DNA of 64,000 bases. It comes from a virus (taxonomy: Duplodnaviria > Caudoviricetes). The stretch is from the IMG/VR virus record IMGVR_UViG_3300029928_000003, one strand, 5' to 3'. How positions within the stretch are numbered: the first letter of the stretch is position 1; the number at the start of each line of letters is the position of its first letter. A model generated the notes under the pieces. That model was given only the letters and a program-made list of their open reading frames with translations. It was not told the origin of the DNA and searched no databases. Below, one piece after another: positions 25,951-39,552 of this stretch. A program made the translations under genes and the position numbers.

Positions 25951-27264
25951 TTATTCTTTAATTAATTGATCTATTTTGTAGTAACAATTAGAATACGACA
26001 TATTATAAATATTATAATCAGGCGTATCTACGATATTTCCTATAATACTATCTTTATTACTAAATTTATAATTTAATAATTCCTATATGTTAATATTAGT
26101 AAAGGAAAATAAAATAATATTATTATTTTCTATTATTTGTCCCGATAAATTATTTATAATTAAGATTCCATTATTTGAAACTGCGTTAGCTGTCCAATAA
26201 CCTACATTTCCGAATGATTTTAATGGGGTATTAAGATCCCATTCATTATTATAATATTTACTATTTTTAGATAATATCTAGCATAGTATTACCTATAAAA
26301 ATGTTTTCTGCCATATTGGGTTACTCCAATTCTCTTTAGTTCCAGAGTCAAATATAAAGTCATTAGTAGCTTCTGTAATAATATTGTTGTTATCTACCTT
26401 CCACAATATTTTATCATTTAGTAATGTAGAATTAGTCCAATTATCATTAGAAAATGCTATTTTAGATAGATAAGTAATATTATTAGTTATTTTAATATTA
26501 TCAACTTCTAATATTGACTCATTTCCGTTCTAATAAAGGTTAAAAGAATTAGATTTAAAAGAGGGGCTTATTATAGGAACTTCACTAGTTATTTGCTAGT
26601 CCGAAATAGTTAATTTATTTGAGTTTCCTATTTTAATTACTAAATTAGTTTGAGAATTTATAAAAGAATTAATATCTTCATTATAAATACTTAAATTATC
26701 AAACTATATAGAATTATCTACACCCTTACCTTTAATAATTAAAGCCCCAGAAGAAGTATCTGTATTAGCTATAGTAAATGACGTATTTATTATAGATGGA
26801 ATTTCAGTAGTGTACTCTTTAGTTGTTCCATCTTGTACTATATATAACTTCTTTTCAGATTCTACATAAATAATACCATTCTTTAATGATTCATCATCTA
26901 ACTATGTTAAATCTTTATATATAAATCCTATATTCTATAAAGCTATATACTTCTATTCAGCAGTAGATTTCTGCTCTTTCAATAAAGATACATACACATT
27001 ACTATCTTCATTTGTAAGAGCTATAAGAGAGTCTGATGTTTTTAAATAAATGTCTTTATCTACTATATAAAAACCATCAGATGTTCCAATTTTATCTTTA
27101 GAATCTACTTGTTTAACTATATTAATTTCAGAATTAATTTTACCTTCTTTTATAAGATCTATAAATTTAGAACCCCATTGTATTTTAACTTGTCCTTTAG
27201 TTTTTATTAAAAAATCAGAATTAGATGAACCTACAGAATCATAGTTTCTTCCAAATAAATTCAT
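25951..27264 (-). CDS. Conserved hypothetical (structural/tail-associated) protein
   Basis: MNLFGRNYDSVGSSNSDFLIKTKGQVKIQWG...; frame consistent to TAA 25951 with TAG=Gln. Confidence 0.6.
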
Positions 27265-27266
27265 AA

Positions 27267-27716
27267 TTATTCTATTGTTAAAGTGATAGATTCTTTAATA
27301 GGTAGAATAGACATTAACCGCTTAAAAGTAATTTGTGAGTTAATAACTTTTCCTACTACTTTATTCTATCCTACAATTATACAGCCAGAGGTACTATTCT
27401 AGTCTGTTCCAGGATGTATGAGAACTCCGTCAAATCCTGGAACGTTTATAAGTCTTGGTATTTTCCCGTTATAAGGCTTCGCCCAAGTTCTATCTTTAAA
27501 TTTAGGGCTTACAATATTCATATTTACAGAATATGTCCCAGTTGGAATTGCAGTCTCATTCTTTACTTTAATTGAAGTAATTTCTTCTAAAGGCATTGTC
27601 TATTTAAGGCCTCTGTCTTTATCTTCTATTGTATCTGCGAAATATTTTCCGTCTATATATAATTTACCAATCGTATATAAATTCTTTTTTGCTATACGTT
27701 TTAATAAAAGTTTCAT
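27267..27716 (-). CDS. DUF5675-family putative endolysin
   Basis: LKRIA..YTIGKLYIDG..TAIPTGTY..VPGFDGVLIHPG..TSGCIIVG; three TAG codons. Confidence 0.8.
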
Positions 27717-27757
27717 AAATTTTAAATTTTTTAAACTATAGTAATAATATAAAAATA

Positions 27758-27791
27758 ATGCACATTACCAAAATATATTGATAATGTGCAT
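27758..27791. terminator. Intergenic hairpin
   Basis: ATGCACATTA...TAATGTGCAT inverted repeat. Confidence 0.5.
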
Positions 27792-27799
27792 ATAAAATT

Positions 27800-28174
27800 T
27801 TAAATCATTTCTTTCCAATCTATAGGAATTCCCTACTTTGCCATATCAGCATACCATCTATTAAATATTAAATGCTACTCTGAATTGAGTATATCTCTTA
27901 TAAATAAAATTAAGTGCTATTCATCAGTAATACTGGAACTATAAAACACGGATTTACACCAATTCGCGATATAAACAATATCATATAATTTACTATCCGG
28001 CATTTCTATCTAAAAACTTTTAATTAAGTTGTCTATTTTTTCTTTAGTATAATCCTCAGACTTTAACTATTTACATGCAAATTGACAGAGCTTTCTATTA
28101 AAGTGTTCTCCATAATATCTAAGATAGTTTAAGAAACCTTCTGGCTTTATATCATAATTAGTAAAATCTTCCAT
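27800..28174 (-). CDS. Hypothetical protein (cassette gene 5)
   Basis: MEDFTNYD..YLRYYGEHFNRKLCQFA..FNRWYADMAKVGIPIDW. Confidence 0.75.
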
Positions 28175-28226
28175 AACAGTATAAAACAAAATAGGTGGCA
28201 GAATATTTCCACCACCTACCTATTAA

Positions 28227-28391
28227 TTAATAATCATATCTAGTTCTACGAGATTTTTTAGAATCCTCCTCGTAGATATCTGAATGCTCAGAAAGCATTT
28301 TTATAAGCTTACAAGCTAACATTTTAATTCTGTTAAGATGCTCAATAGTGTCATCATAAGAATCTTCCGTTATTTCAATATATCCTCTCAT
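28227..28391 (-). CDS. Small hypothetical protein (cassette gene 4)
   Basis: MRGYIEITEDSYD...RRTRYDY*. Confidence 0.6.
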   Translation of the reverse strand: MRGYIEITEDSYDDTIEHLNRIKMLACKLIKMLSEHSDIYEEDSKKSRRTRYDY

Positions 28392-28393
28392 AA

Positions 28394-28867
28394 TTACTTT
28401 GATTCTTTAGCTAAGATAGTTAGTATCTAATCCATTTTAGATTCAATACCAATCATTTTATCTTTGAGATTATTTATATCTTCATCTCTTTCTTTCTCTT
28501 TGGCATATTGAGGATTTAATTCTTTTAAAATAGATTCATACGCTTTAGCAGCATTTGTGTGATACGATGCACTATCAACAATACTTCTACTTCTCTATAA
28601 TTCATTATTAATCTCATTAGACATAAGTTCTTTAGATTCAGAAATAATTACATTATTATATGTAGCTATTCCTTGATTTCCTGGCAAGTTCTTAAAATCC
28701 ATATTTGAATCATTAACTTGTGTACTTATATCTATTGACTAATTCATTAAAAAATTGCTATTATAAGTAGGTTGTGTGACATTAATCACCGTACCTATTT
28801 TTAATTTAGCATTTTCTCCTTTTTCTACAATGTATACAATACTTCCCTATCTTAAAGCTGAAAACAT
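28394..28867 (-). CDS. Hypothetical coiled-coil protein (cassette gene 3)
   Basis: MFSALRQGSIVYIVEK...LKELNPQYAKEKERD. Confidence 0.75.
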
Positions 28868-28871
28868 AATA

Positions 28872-29210
28872 TTAAATATTTATTAAATTTAAAGTATCAG
28901 TTTGACGTTCATACCAAACCAAATAAACACCTGTACCTTTAATAGAAGCTACAGTAATGGGTTCTCCATTAACTCCAAGTAAAGGCTAAGCATTAGTGCC
29001 ACCACTAGTAAATACTATTGGTAAAGTTTCAGTAGTTCCAGTTGGAATCTGCTATGCAAGATTTACTACAATTAAACCTCTAAAAGGTCTACCAACATTT
29101 CTATGATTATTAAAATCAAAAGCAACTTGTGTAGTTGAAACATTTACTGATAGAGATTTAATTGCAGGAATTCCATTTACGTTTACATTAATATAAGCAG
29201 GTAATAACAT
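28872..29210 (-). CDS. Hypothetical beta-rich protein (cassette gene 2)
   Basis: MLLPAYINVNVNGIPAIKS...PTGTTETLPIVF..GTGVYLVWYER. Confidence 0.75.
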
Positions 29211-29225
29211 TTAGAACCTCCTTTC

Positions 29226-30194
29226 TTAACCCCACAATGTATTTACACCGCAAGTATTTAAATTAGATAATCCATACCCATATAATAAGTTAGTAGGTAC
29301 AGCCGTAGCACAACTATAAGGAAGAGTTACAGTTTCTGGTAATTTACATTTAACACTGTTTACATCACCTTGTAATGTAGCTAATGCGTTAACTAATGGG
29401 GTAGTAGCATTCTGTATCATTTGATTAAATACAGCAGTCTATTGCCCATTGTTAATAATTACATCCTTCTAAGAACTAGCTTCTCTTAAAGCATCAATCT
29501 TGTTTTGCATTTCTCTCATTTCGGCATCACGTTGCCCTGCTAATATAGATTCTGTAGCGGATCTTATACTATCACGAATATCACAAGTTTGTTTTTGTGT
29601 CTCATAGGCTACAGAAGAGAAACCACGTTCTTGCCCAGTTGCTACGGTATTGATAGCATTTTGTAAAGTGTTAGTTTGTTGACAAGTTGCTAATCTATTT
29701 TCACAACAACAATCTGCAATCTTACTTGCAATCTAACAATTACCAGATTGAATTGAATTTATTATCTGAGGAACAGATAAGCCAACTTGATTACCTACAT
29801 TTGATAATTGTGTCATAAGTCCTGTAAGTGCACTTTGAACGCTATCAATAGAACAATTAAGATTTGAAGACAACTAATTGATGGCAGTACCATTCCCTTG
29901 AATTGCTTGCATTAAAAGTTCACGGCCAGAATCATTATTAATTAAATTACCAAGTTCTGCTCCAATTGGGCTTCCATTGCGATTTCCAAAACCATTCCAA
30001 CCATTTCCTCCCCAACCCATTAAGAAGAATAAGAAGATAACCCACATAAACCATCCGCCTTCATTACCGAAGCCATTATTACGCTAAGCTAATAATATAT
30101 TAGGATCAATACCCTTTTGAGAAAGCATAGGACCTAATAAAGACATTAGATTACTGTTTTGTTCTGGAAACATAAATACTTTACTGTCCGACAT
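29226..30194 (-). CDS. Membrane-anchored coiled-coil protein (cassette gene 1)
   Basis: MSDSKVFMFP..GGWFMWVIFLFFLMGWGGNG..ELLMQAIQGN..ADCCCENRLA; 322 aa. Confidence 0.8.
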
Positions 30195-30340
30195 AAATTA
30201 AATTATTAAAGTTTTTAAATAAATAAGATCTAAATTCTACAAGTACTTGTTTGTACCAAATGTATTAAAAACAATTAACAATATAATTTATTTTGATAGA
30301 AGATAATTCTACAAATTGTTGAATATATTTATAAAAAAAA

Positions 30341-30372
30341 ATAACCCAGACCAAAAATATAGCCTGGGTTAT
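30341..30372 (-). terminator. Intrinsic terminator
   Basis: ATAACCCAG...CTGGGTTAT hairpin followed by a long T-run on the minus strand. Confidence 0.7.
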
Positions 30373-30396
30373 AATTAATAATTAAAATATAGTAGA

Positions 30397-31986
30397 TTAG
30401 AGAATGTGCCAATCAATACCACCATCTACAACGAGATTTCCCTCTGCGTCAAGTCCTACATTACGAACATCATCAGATTTAAGTGCGGCAGTGCTCTTAA
30501 CAGCTGCTTCAAATACAGGATCAGTGGCTGTGCCAGTGTTTTTAACACCATTCTTAGCTGTAACAGATACAACATCACCAACATGATTTACACCGGCAGG
30601 AAGAGCAGTACGAGTAACATTTACTTTATAATTTCCAGTAGTAGTATCAAATGAAGCACCAACACCAGATACATAAGTATTTGCAGTTGCTTTATCGTCC
30701 GAAGCAATAGTAGGAAGTGCCTTAGTTTCACCAGTAAGCTTACCATCAGTAAGACTTACACTTGCTACATACTTATTAGCTTCAGCAGCAATCGTGCCAC
30801 TTACTGCACTTTTAGCAGTTGCAATAGCATCGTCAATACCTTTGGTCTGAAGATTTCCATCAGTACCAACAGTTAAGTACTTATCAGTAGTAAGATACTT
30901 AAGACTTACTGCATTATCTACTATATTAATAGCAGTACCACCAGTATAAACATCAACAAGACCATTTACAGGAATGTAAATAGGAGTTTCCTCTGCATTG
31001 GAAATAATGAGTTTAATGTACTTTTCACCTGCCTTAAGAGATGCATCAGCTTTTACATCATCTGCAGTAGCAGTAATAACACTACCAGACTTAACTACTA
31101 AGTCCTTAGGAATGTCAATAGCTACACCAACTTGCTTACCATTTTGCTTTACAACATAACGTTTAGCAACGCCAGTAGCTTCAGCATCAGTTTCTACAGT
31201 AACTACCGAAGAATCAACAGCTTCTTTCTTAGCTGTATTCATTGCAGTAATAGTAGCATACTTATTAGTAAATGCAGTATCATCAGCTAAACCAGCTTTA
31301 TCAAGATCAATAGTAACAGCACCTGTAGCACTATTTACACTAAGATGACTTCCATCAGCAACGGCTGCACTAGTTACTCCTGCATTAGCTGCAGCAGCAA
31401 TAGCATCAGCAACTGTACTTTTAGCACTATAGCTACCACCGAGTTTATCATCAATTTCCTACTTAGCTGTACTAATTTTGTTTTCCGTTTCTTCAAACTT
31501 ACTAGCTAATCCAGAAACCTGACCAGTAGTAATTTCACCTACAGCAAGACTACCATCAGTATCTACAATAGTAGTACCATCAATAGCTAACTTAACTTTA
31601 GCAGCACCAGTAGTTGTAGGAACAGTTAATGCGGTAGTAGTGCCTTCAGCAGTACCAATAGAGGTTACACCAGCTTTAGCTGTAGCGGCATTAACCTTTT
31701 CAGTTAAATCGTCAACAGCCTTCTTTACTGTATTAGTACTATCAAAACCAGTACCAATTTTACCATCAACTCCAGCAATTGCGCTTGTATGATCAGTAAT
31801 ATTAGATTCAGCTGTACTTAATCTGCCGTCAAGACCGTCAATTATACTGTCATAATCAGAAATAGGATTACCTTCATCATTATAAAGTTTGTAAACCTTT
31901 CCGTCTTTGTCAGTTGTAAAAAACAAACCACCTACTGCTTTAGCTTTTTTAGCGGCTTCGCCTTTGTAAAATATAACTTTTGCCAT
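30397..31986 (-). CDS. Tail/head fibre protein (529 aa)
   Basis: Fragments 31459-31986 and 30397-31242 joined through 2 TAG; A/T/G/V-rich; GVTSI-type repeats. Confidence 0.7.
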
Positions 31987-32029
31987 ATTAAAAATTTAAT
32001 AGATTGAAAATATATAATTTGTAAGGAAA

Positions 32030-32314
32030 TTATCCCTTACTAAAATGAAACATAATTAACCAAAGAATTGCAAATATAATACCTACTGCATCTGCAATAA
32101 TATCATACCAATCCCATCTATTATTCTAGTTTACTTCATCACTCCATTCTTTAGTAACTGCAGCAACTAATCCGCAATAAATTGCAGCAATTGTAGCAAT
32201 TAAAAAATTAGAAGATAAAAGTAAAAGCAATGTACCTATACAGGCACTAATTAAAAAACAAACTCCTACGTGTTTAAGTTTGTCTATACCAAATAAATTA
32301 ATCAACCAATTCAT
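32030..32314 (-). CDS. VanZ-like small membrane protein
   Basis: DKLKH..hydrophobic..KEWSD..WDWYDIIADAVG pattern. Confidence 0.65.
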
Positions 32315-32323
32315 AGTATTTTA

Positions 32324-35008
32324 TTATTTTATGAATTTATTATAACATAACTCAAAGCATTGTATTATAGAATCATGAGAGACTATACTTCCAGACCAAG
32401 TTGAACCACAAACAGTATATGCATATTGCGTAGCCCCGTTTTTAGTATATTTAAATACCACTAAAGAACTAGGTAATATATAATAATTAGGATTTGTAAA
32501 TTCAGCATAAGCAGTACAATCAAAATTAAATATTAATGCATACTATAGTGGTATTGTATTAGAAGACCTATTGTCTTTAGTAGTTTTAAATATAGCATTA
32601 ATATTACAAAACTACTCATTTTCAGTAGAACTCATTCCGTTTCCATTTAATTTCATACGAACTGAAAATTCTGATGGATTGTAACTAGTTATACTATTTG
32701 ATATAGAATCCATCTTAGCTTGTACATTTGTATCTGTTATATTTCCCCAATCACAAATTGGTTTGCCGTTCCATAATACAAATATATCTGAACCACCTAA
32801 TTTTGATAAATTATAAGTAGTAATCTTATTTACTGGTTTCTTCTAAGTATAACCAATATAATGATTAGTATTTGAAACTCTTTCAAGTACTTCCCATAAT
32901 TCACTACTATCATTCTAAATTATATAAAGACCGTCTTTTGTTGCTTCTGATTCAGAAGATATTGTTTGAGGATTAAAATTATTTAATTCGTCTCCTATAT
33001 AACAATATTGGCTCTAATCTTTAAAATAATTATTATTAGTATTGGCACCAGAATTGGTCAATAATGAAAGCTATCTTATTTCCGCATCAAAATATGGTTT
33101 CTCATAATTACGTACATAATAAGATCCTAAATCCCAGCTATTTTGAACTTTATCTATTCTTACTTCTTTATTATTGGCTAAGTACATCCAATCATAACAT
33201 AAATCTTGTTCTGATTTTATATTAATCTTATAGCAATCTATAATATTAATCATTTTATTGGTTGCACTATAAGGAGCTACATTATTAATACAATTTTTAG
33301 CAGTAGTTCCATTAGGTAATACTGGAGATACGTCGTTAAAAGATCCTGCTATATCAAGGTTACTATATCCTACACCCTTCATGTGTACTACTCTATATAA
33401 TGCACAATCTGCAGTAAGTACTCTAAAGTCAGAATTAATTTTTCTTCTACCAGTATCATCAATTACTGTTAATATAGTAGAATCTGTTTCATTAACTAAT
33501 GTATTAGCGATAGCAGTTGGATTCCATCCAACACTATTTGTCTGTAAAAATAGAGTGTTGTTATTATAGAAACTATTAACTCTAGAACTTACTGTAGTAC
33601 TTCCTATTGTTGCGGGGGCAAGCCATACATATACTGGATAAGTAGCTATCACAGTTCCTAATGTTACTATATTAGACATCCACGTAGTATAACCACCAGT
33701 AAGATAATCTGAACTAGCATAATACCCATATTTGAAACCCATTATAGTATTTACTGTTATTCTTGCGCTATTACCTCCAAGATGCTTAAACGCATAACCA
33801 TTAAACCAACCATAAGTAGTTGCTTGATCCGCTTTCTAAATAGTGTTAGTATAATCACGACCTTTACCAATTCTATTTATATAAATATCAGTATGACGTT
33901 CTGAATTACACTATACAGCAATATCAGCATCTTTATTTGCAACAATTGCTCCATCACATTTAAAAGTTAATTCTGACATATCTATATCAATAACAGGGCT
34001 TGCGTTGGGGCCTCCCCAAAGAGAACCTTTAAGAAGAATTTGCATTCCGTAATGCCCGTCATTAATATAATTAGCTTCATCAGAATCAGCATTAATATTA
34101 GATACTGTTTCTTTTAAGATTACAGAGCTTGCTACATAATAACGTTCCGCAGTCATTAATATAGTAGACCTACCTGCGGCTTTAAAGCAGGCGTTAATTG
34201 CAGCAGAATCGTCAGTAGAACCGTCTCCTTTAGCACCCCACCATTCAGGATAAATAAATGGTGTATTAAATTTACCAGTAATTACAGTATCTGATGTAAA
34301 AATCTATTGTCTTGGATCTGCGATAATATGTGTATTATTTAAAATTAATTTAACATTAGATTTTAAAATACCTTTAGGCCCGAATACTAATTTAGTATTA
34401 TCAGAAAACTAAATTACAGTAGTATCTCCTGGCTCTATAGTTTCGTTAATAATTACGTAATTGTAGGTATTATTAGGAATAACAATTTTATCAGATAAAA
34501 TACTTGCAGTAATTTGTAAAGCATTAGGATATAAATCATTTAATTCTAATTTACTCTTTAGCTTATTAGTAATTACTTTATTCTATACTGCGTTTTCAGA
34601 ACTTTCTGAAAGAGCAGCGTCTATTTCTGTAGGTGTTTTAATAATTTCTATAGATCCACTAACACTGCCATTATCTGTTAATATTATTGTGTATTTTGAA
34701 AAAGAATCTTCTCCAACAAATTTAATATTAGCGGCATTAGTATCATTTAATATTTTATAACAAAAAATATAAGTATCTGCAACCAGTCTAATAATATCTG
34801 CTTTACTGTACTTATTACATTCTGCTTCTGTAATTTCTACTAAACCTTCTTGATAACTTAAATCTTCAACATTTAATCCTGGGTTATAATTAACCCCATT
34901 TAGCATTAAAGGATATCTTCCATTGCTATCCTATGAAGTAGAAAAGAATATTGAATTATCATCTTTTACGTACTTTGTATTATCACCTTTTATAAAATTT
35001 ACTTTCAT
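32324..35008 (-). CDS. Tailspike / polysaccharide depolymerase-like protein (~894 aa)
   Basis: YPEWWGAKGDGSTDDSAAINAC beta-helix cap motif; three ORF-track fragments in frame. Confidence 0.75.
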
Positions 35009-36285
35009 ACGAATAAAGTTATTGCATTTTTATAAGAATCATTTGAACCGGACTTAGTTTCTGCTGCTATTGCGTATTTATATGCGATAGTTGTAGACTC
35101 CCCAGCTATGCTATTACTAGTATATTTCATAAGACATAGTGTAAATTGTCTATTCTAGTATGCTACTGAAATGGCCATAGCATCAGAATCTTTAATTGGA
35201 ACAGGCATATAAAAAGTAAACGCTATAAGCTTATTTATATCTACATCTATTTTAGATGGTTGAGTTTCATTTTTAGTGGTTACAAATACATTCTTAGTAG
35301 TAATCTTCTAAATATCAGAATCTCTTGTAATAGTAAATGAGAAAGCTTTATCATTAGTTAAGTCTTCTGCATAACTAAATAAGGATTCTGCTAATCTTGT
35401 GGAGTAATCCCCAGAAGCTGTTAAAGTTGTTTTATCTATATCTATAGCATTTTGGAATATATTAAGATTCTTAACAGATGGAATATCTGTTTTTAATGCT
35501 AATGTAGTAGATCTAATATCCCCAGTACCAGAAGTTCTTGGTAATAAATATTTGTAAGTTACTGAACCACTATCTTCTGTAATATGCTTAGATAATAAGT
35601 AGCACTCGTTTCCTTTTGTCTCAAATGAAATCATACTATTAGTCCCAGTATTTCTAATATAAAAATCAGTTGGATTTACGCAAACACTTTTGGCAACACT
35701 CAAGTCTGTGTAAATTACAGCTTCTTTGTTATCTTTATAAGTAAGACATAATGGGGAAACTGCTGCCGTCTAATCGCTAGTGAGAAATTCATCATTAGAT
35801 AAATCCTAATTAGCGATTAAAAAACATCCAGTAGGGGTATCATTAATATTACTATTTATCTATACTTTATTAGTTACTAATTTATTAATAGATTCAGTAG
35901 CTAAATCTCCAGAAGATTTCTGAACAGTAACAGAAGTCGGAGTGATTTTAGCAATTTTCCCATCTTTATTAATTACTGTTATGGATTCTGCAGAAATAAA
36001 TAAGACTTTGCATTTCTCATCATTAATAATAATAGAATCCTCCCATAAAATCTAAGAAAGATCTAAATTAGTAATTGATTGAGAATCAAAACTGTTCCAA
36101 TTAATTTCTTCTGCTATTGTATAATCTACAGGAGAATATGCAGGAAACTTAATCTTATGTGTGTATATAAAAGGTTTTTTATCTTTTACATATACAATTG
36201 ATTGATCTAAAATTTGATCATTTTTAATAGCGTCATCAAACGACTATTTCTTTTTAAAAAAAAGAAGTTTTTTATTTATAGCCAT
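35005..36285 (-). CDS. Tail fibre-associated protein
   Basis: MAINKKLLFFKKKQSF..SIVYVKDK..IYTH; frame consistent to TGA 35005. Confidence 0.6.
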
Positions 36286-36348
36286 TTTAAAAATATTAAC
36301 TTATTTTAAATAAAACTATTTAGTTTCGCTAATTATTAAAATAATTAA

Positions 36349-36387
36349 TAAGGGAGTTGGAAATATTAAGAATCTTCAACTCCCTTA
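36349..36387 (-). terminator. Intrinsic terminator-like hairpin
   Basis: TAAGGGAGTTG...CAACTCCCTTA. Confidence 0.65.
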
Positions 36388-36392
36388 AAATA

Positions 36393-37475
36393 TTAATTTA
36401 ATTCTTGCCAAGCAATTGCATTATCTACATATTGTTTTACCTAATATGCAGAAGCTAATGCTTTAACTGTTTCAGTTGCATTTGCGATAGAATCAGCCAC
36501 ATTTACTTTGGCAGATACTTTTGCACCATTATCAGTAGTAGTTACTTCTGTCGTAACATAATCAGTAGTAGCATCACCAGCTAATTCATTAAGTTTTGCT
36601 TTAAGAGCTGCATCATGTTCTTGCTATTTCTTTAGAATCTTACCAAGAGCAGTATCCATGCTATCACCTTTAGCAGGATCACTATATTGTTCTGGAATAT
36701 CAATATTTACTACCTTAACAGAACTACCATTATAAACATCTATTAATTCGGATAAATCAATAGAAATTGGGTCTTTACCAGCATCAGTATTAAATGTAAG
36801 AGTAAGACTATGATCTTCAGAACTATATTTTGCGCTATCGATCATTCCATCCTTAATAAAATCTTTTGCATCAATTTCACTAATTACTGAAGAATCTTGA
36901 CCACAAAGTTTAATCTTTTTATTCTCAGAATCATAGGTCAAACTAAGAGTGATAGCTAAACCTTGATCATTTACTTGTAATGGACTACCCGTATTAGTTG
37001 GATCAATAGTAAATGTAAGCTTATTACCATCTACAGCAATTACTGCATTCTCAGAAGTAATACTTTTAAGAACCTCTGTATTCTTTGCATAAGGAGTTAA
37101 ATCAATCTTAGCAATCTTATTTGATACAACAGAAGTTCCATTTACTTGTACATCATCTATCTTACCATAATCAGTGCCGATATATACTTCCTACCAATTA
37201 AGAGCAGTAGTAGGATCATTCCAGGTAATTAATTTATAGTACTTATTAGTATCTTGTACATACCAAATTTGACCTATTGCATCATTACCAGTAGGCGTTC
37301 TTCCAGCAGCTAAATCTCCTGCATAAGAGGACGATAAAATACAACCTGCTAAGCTATATAAATCAGATACAGTAGCTACGGATCTATGACCTGAGATTTC
37401 ATTTGCGTCAACAATACCCCAACTTTTAGGATTAGCTGAGGCAAGTTTCGCCATTCTTGTCAATTTATTTTCCAT
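36393..37475 (-). CDS. Tail fibre protein
   Basis: MENKLTRMAKLASANP..IDAKDFIKDGMI..VKQYVDNAIAWQELN*; TAG=Gln. Confidence 0.7.
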
Positions 37476-37492
37476 ATATTACCCTCCTTTTA

Positions 37493-38872
37493 TTAAGAAA
37501 AACTAAACGATGATTTAGAGCTTACAGCACCTGCACCACTATAATATACTTGATATGAAATAGCTGGAGCACCAGTACCAGTATCAATACTTACAGTCTT
37601 AGTAGAGAATGCACTAATTACAGAATCTACTCCATCTTTTTTAATAACAGTTAATACCCCATAAGAAGCAGGATAAGCGTATACTAAACGTTGTGTGGCA
37701 GAAAGAGCACTACAATCAATTGTGGCTGCTTTACTAGTTTGATCTTTATAAGTCTTTAAAGCTTGAATTTTAGTATTAGTAACATCAGCACCAGTAGGAT
37801 CACTAGAATCAATTATACCATAGAAAATTCTATCTACAAAAGATACAGAAGCTGAACAAGACTTTGAATCAGTACCCGAAGCAGGAACTACTTTACTTCC
37901 AGAAACCATTAAACCTTTCTTAGCGGCTGTAATAGTTTGAGTATATGTAGTGTTGGCAGATACCTGAGTACCAGTAAACGAATCACTAGCAACCCCGCTT
38001 TCTGGAAGGGTCGTTCCCCATATTCCACTAGTAGCTTCTGGATCTTTCTTAGAAGAATCAGAAGTCCATTTCCAACTACCAGAGAACTAGGCTTTATACC
38101 CTTTAAGTAAAGTAATATTACTAGTTTCTTTGATTTCCTTAGTATCAGTACCGTCATTCTTAAAGATAGACCATTGAGGATTAGTAATTACAGGGGTTAC
38201 TAATTCCTTGTCTCCTTTAAGAATACCATCTACATCATCACGAAGTTTTTTACCTTTATCTCCTGCATAAGCAGTAGAAGAAGTTTCTCCAAGTGCTAAT
38301 GAAGACCCAATTCCTACATACTATGTTCCAGACCAACGATATGTTTTGTTATCGTCTGTAGATACATAGATTTTACCAGTTTCGCCAGTTTCTGGAAAAC
38401 TATTATAAGTATCATATTCAAGAACATCATCTACAAATGAAGGTAATTGAGAAGCAGGAACTTTACCATCTTCAAGTGTCGCAATAGTAACACCAACATC
38501 GGTTTTATTTACCTTAGCATTTAATGCATTTTGAATTGCATCATCGTTACTTTCAATAGTAACTGCTCCAGTAGCGTCTTCTAAATTCTTTATAAAACTT
38601 CCCTTTGCAGAAATACTTTTTACACCAGCTGCTGAAGTTGCAGCTTTGACTTGTTTATCAAGTTTAGCAATAGCTGTTTCAATAGAATCACCTGCTGCAA
38701 GCACACCATCTAATGCTTGATATTCAGCACTTAAAGCATTATAAAACTTTCCGTGAGTATAGATTTCTCCAGTCTCATGACAGAAAGCAATAGCACCGTC
38801 AGGAAATTTGCCTGCTATGTCTTCAGTAAGCTTGGCTTTAGTTTGATAATATAAAAATTTTACGTTAGCCAT
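37493..38872 (-). CDS. Tail fibre protein
   Basis: DGKVPASQLPSFVDDVLEY..GETGKIYV..YRWSGTQY..LGETSSTAY; one TAG joins two fragments. Confidence 0.75.
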
Positions 38873-38877
38873 ATAAA

Positions 38878-39552
38878 TTAATTTTCAACCCAAGTAGATT
38901 CTCCTCCAGAAATTTTATTATTTCCAAAGTAAAAATAAGGTTTATTTTTAATATAATATATTGTATTATCTTTAAACTCTGTTGGATCTTGATCTAAATA
39001 TTCTATTTCTATTGGATTACCAGTATTCTTAATTGGGAATGTAGCCTTTAATCCTTTATCTGTAATATCTAAATTAATATTACTAGAATTGTCTACTTTA
39101 ATTTTAGATTTAACAATTCCTTCTTCTATATAACTTTCAATAGAATCAGAACTGTTATTAGCAGAAGCATAATATTTAGTGTTGCCTACTTGTATAAAAT
39201 TACATATAGTTCCTAATGGAAATTTACAACCATTATCTATATCTTCTTGTGATATAGCTGCAGTTCCAAAGTTTGATATAGTTTTACCTTCAGCTGTAAA
39301 TATAGACATATCTACAGGTTCTCCTATATCATTTCCTTCAGAATCTTTTATATGTAATTTATTAGAAGAATCTAAAGTAATTCCAGAAATACCTGTGCTG
39401 CTTGTTTTATTAATTAGTTGTCTAACTAAATTATAAGTAGGAATAGTAGTATCTAATTCTTTATCTGTCTCAGTGTTAGTTACAGTAAGACCGCCATAAG
39501 TTACCCATAGGTAATCTAATTGACTCTGCCCTTTAACTCTTCTATCTATCAT
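38878..39552 (-). CDS. Tail fibre/hub-associated protein
   Basis: ATG 39552 overlaps the upstream TGA; TAG-free. Confidence 0.65.
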   Translation of the reverse strand: MIDRRVKGQSQLDYLWVTYGGLTVTNTETDKELDTTIPTYNLVRQLINKTSSTGISGITLDSSNKLHIKDSEGNDIGEPVDMSIFTAEGKTISNFGTAAISQEDIDNGCKFPLGTICNFIQVGNTKYYASANNSSDSIESYIEEGIVKSKIKVDNSSNINLDITDKGLKATFPIKNTGNPIEIEYLDQDPTEFKDNTIYYIKNKPYFYFGNNKISGGESTWVEN

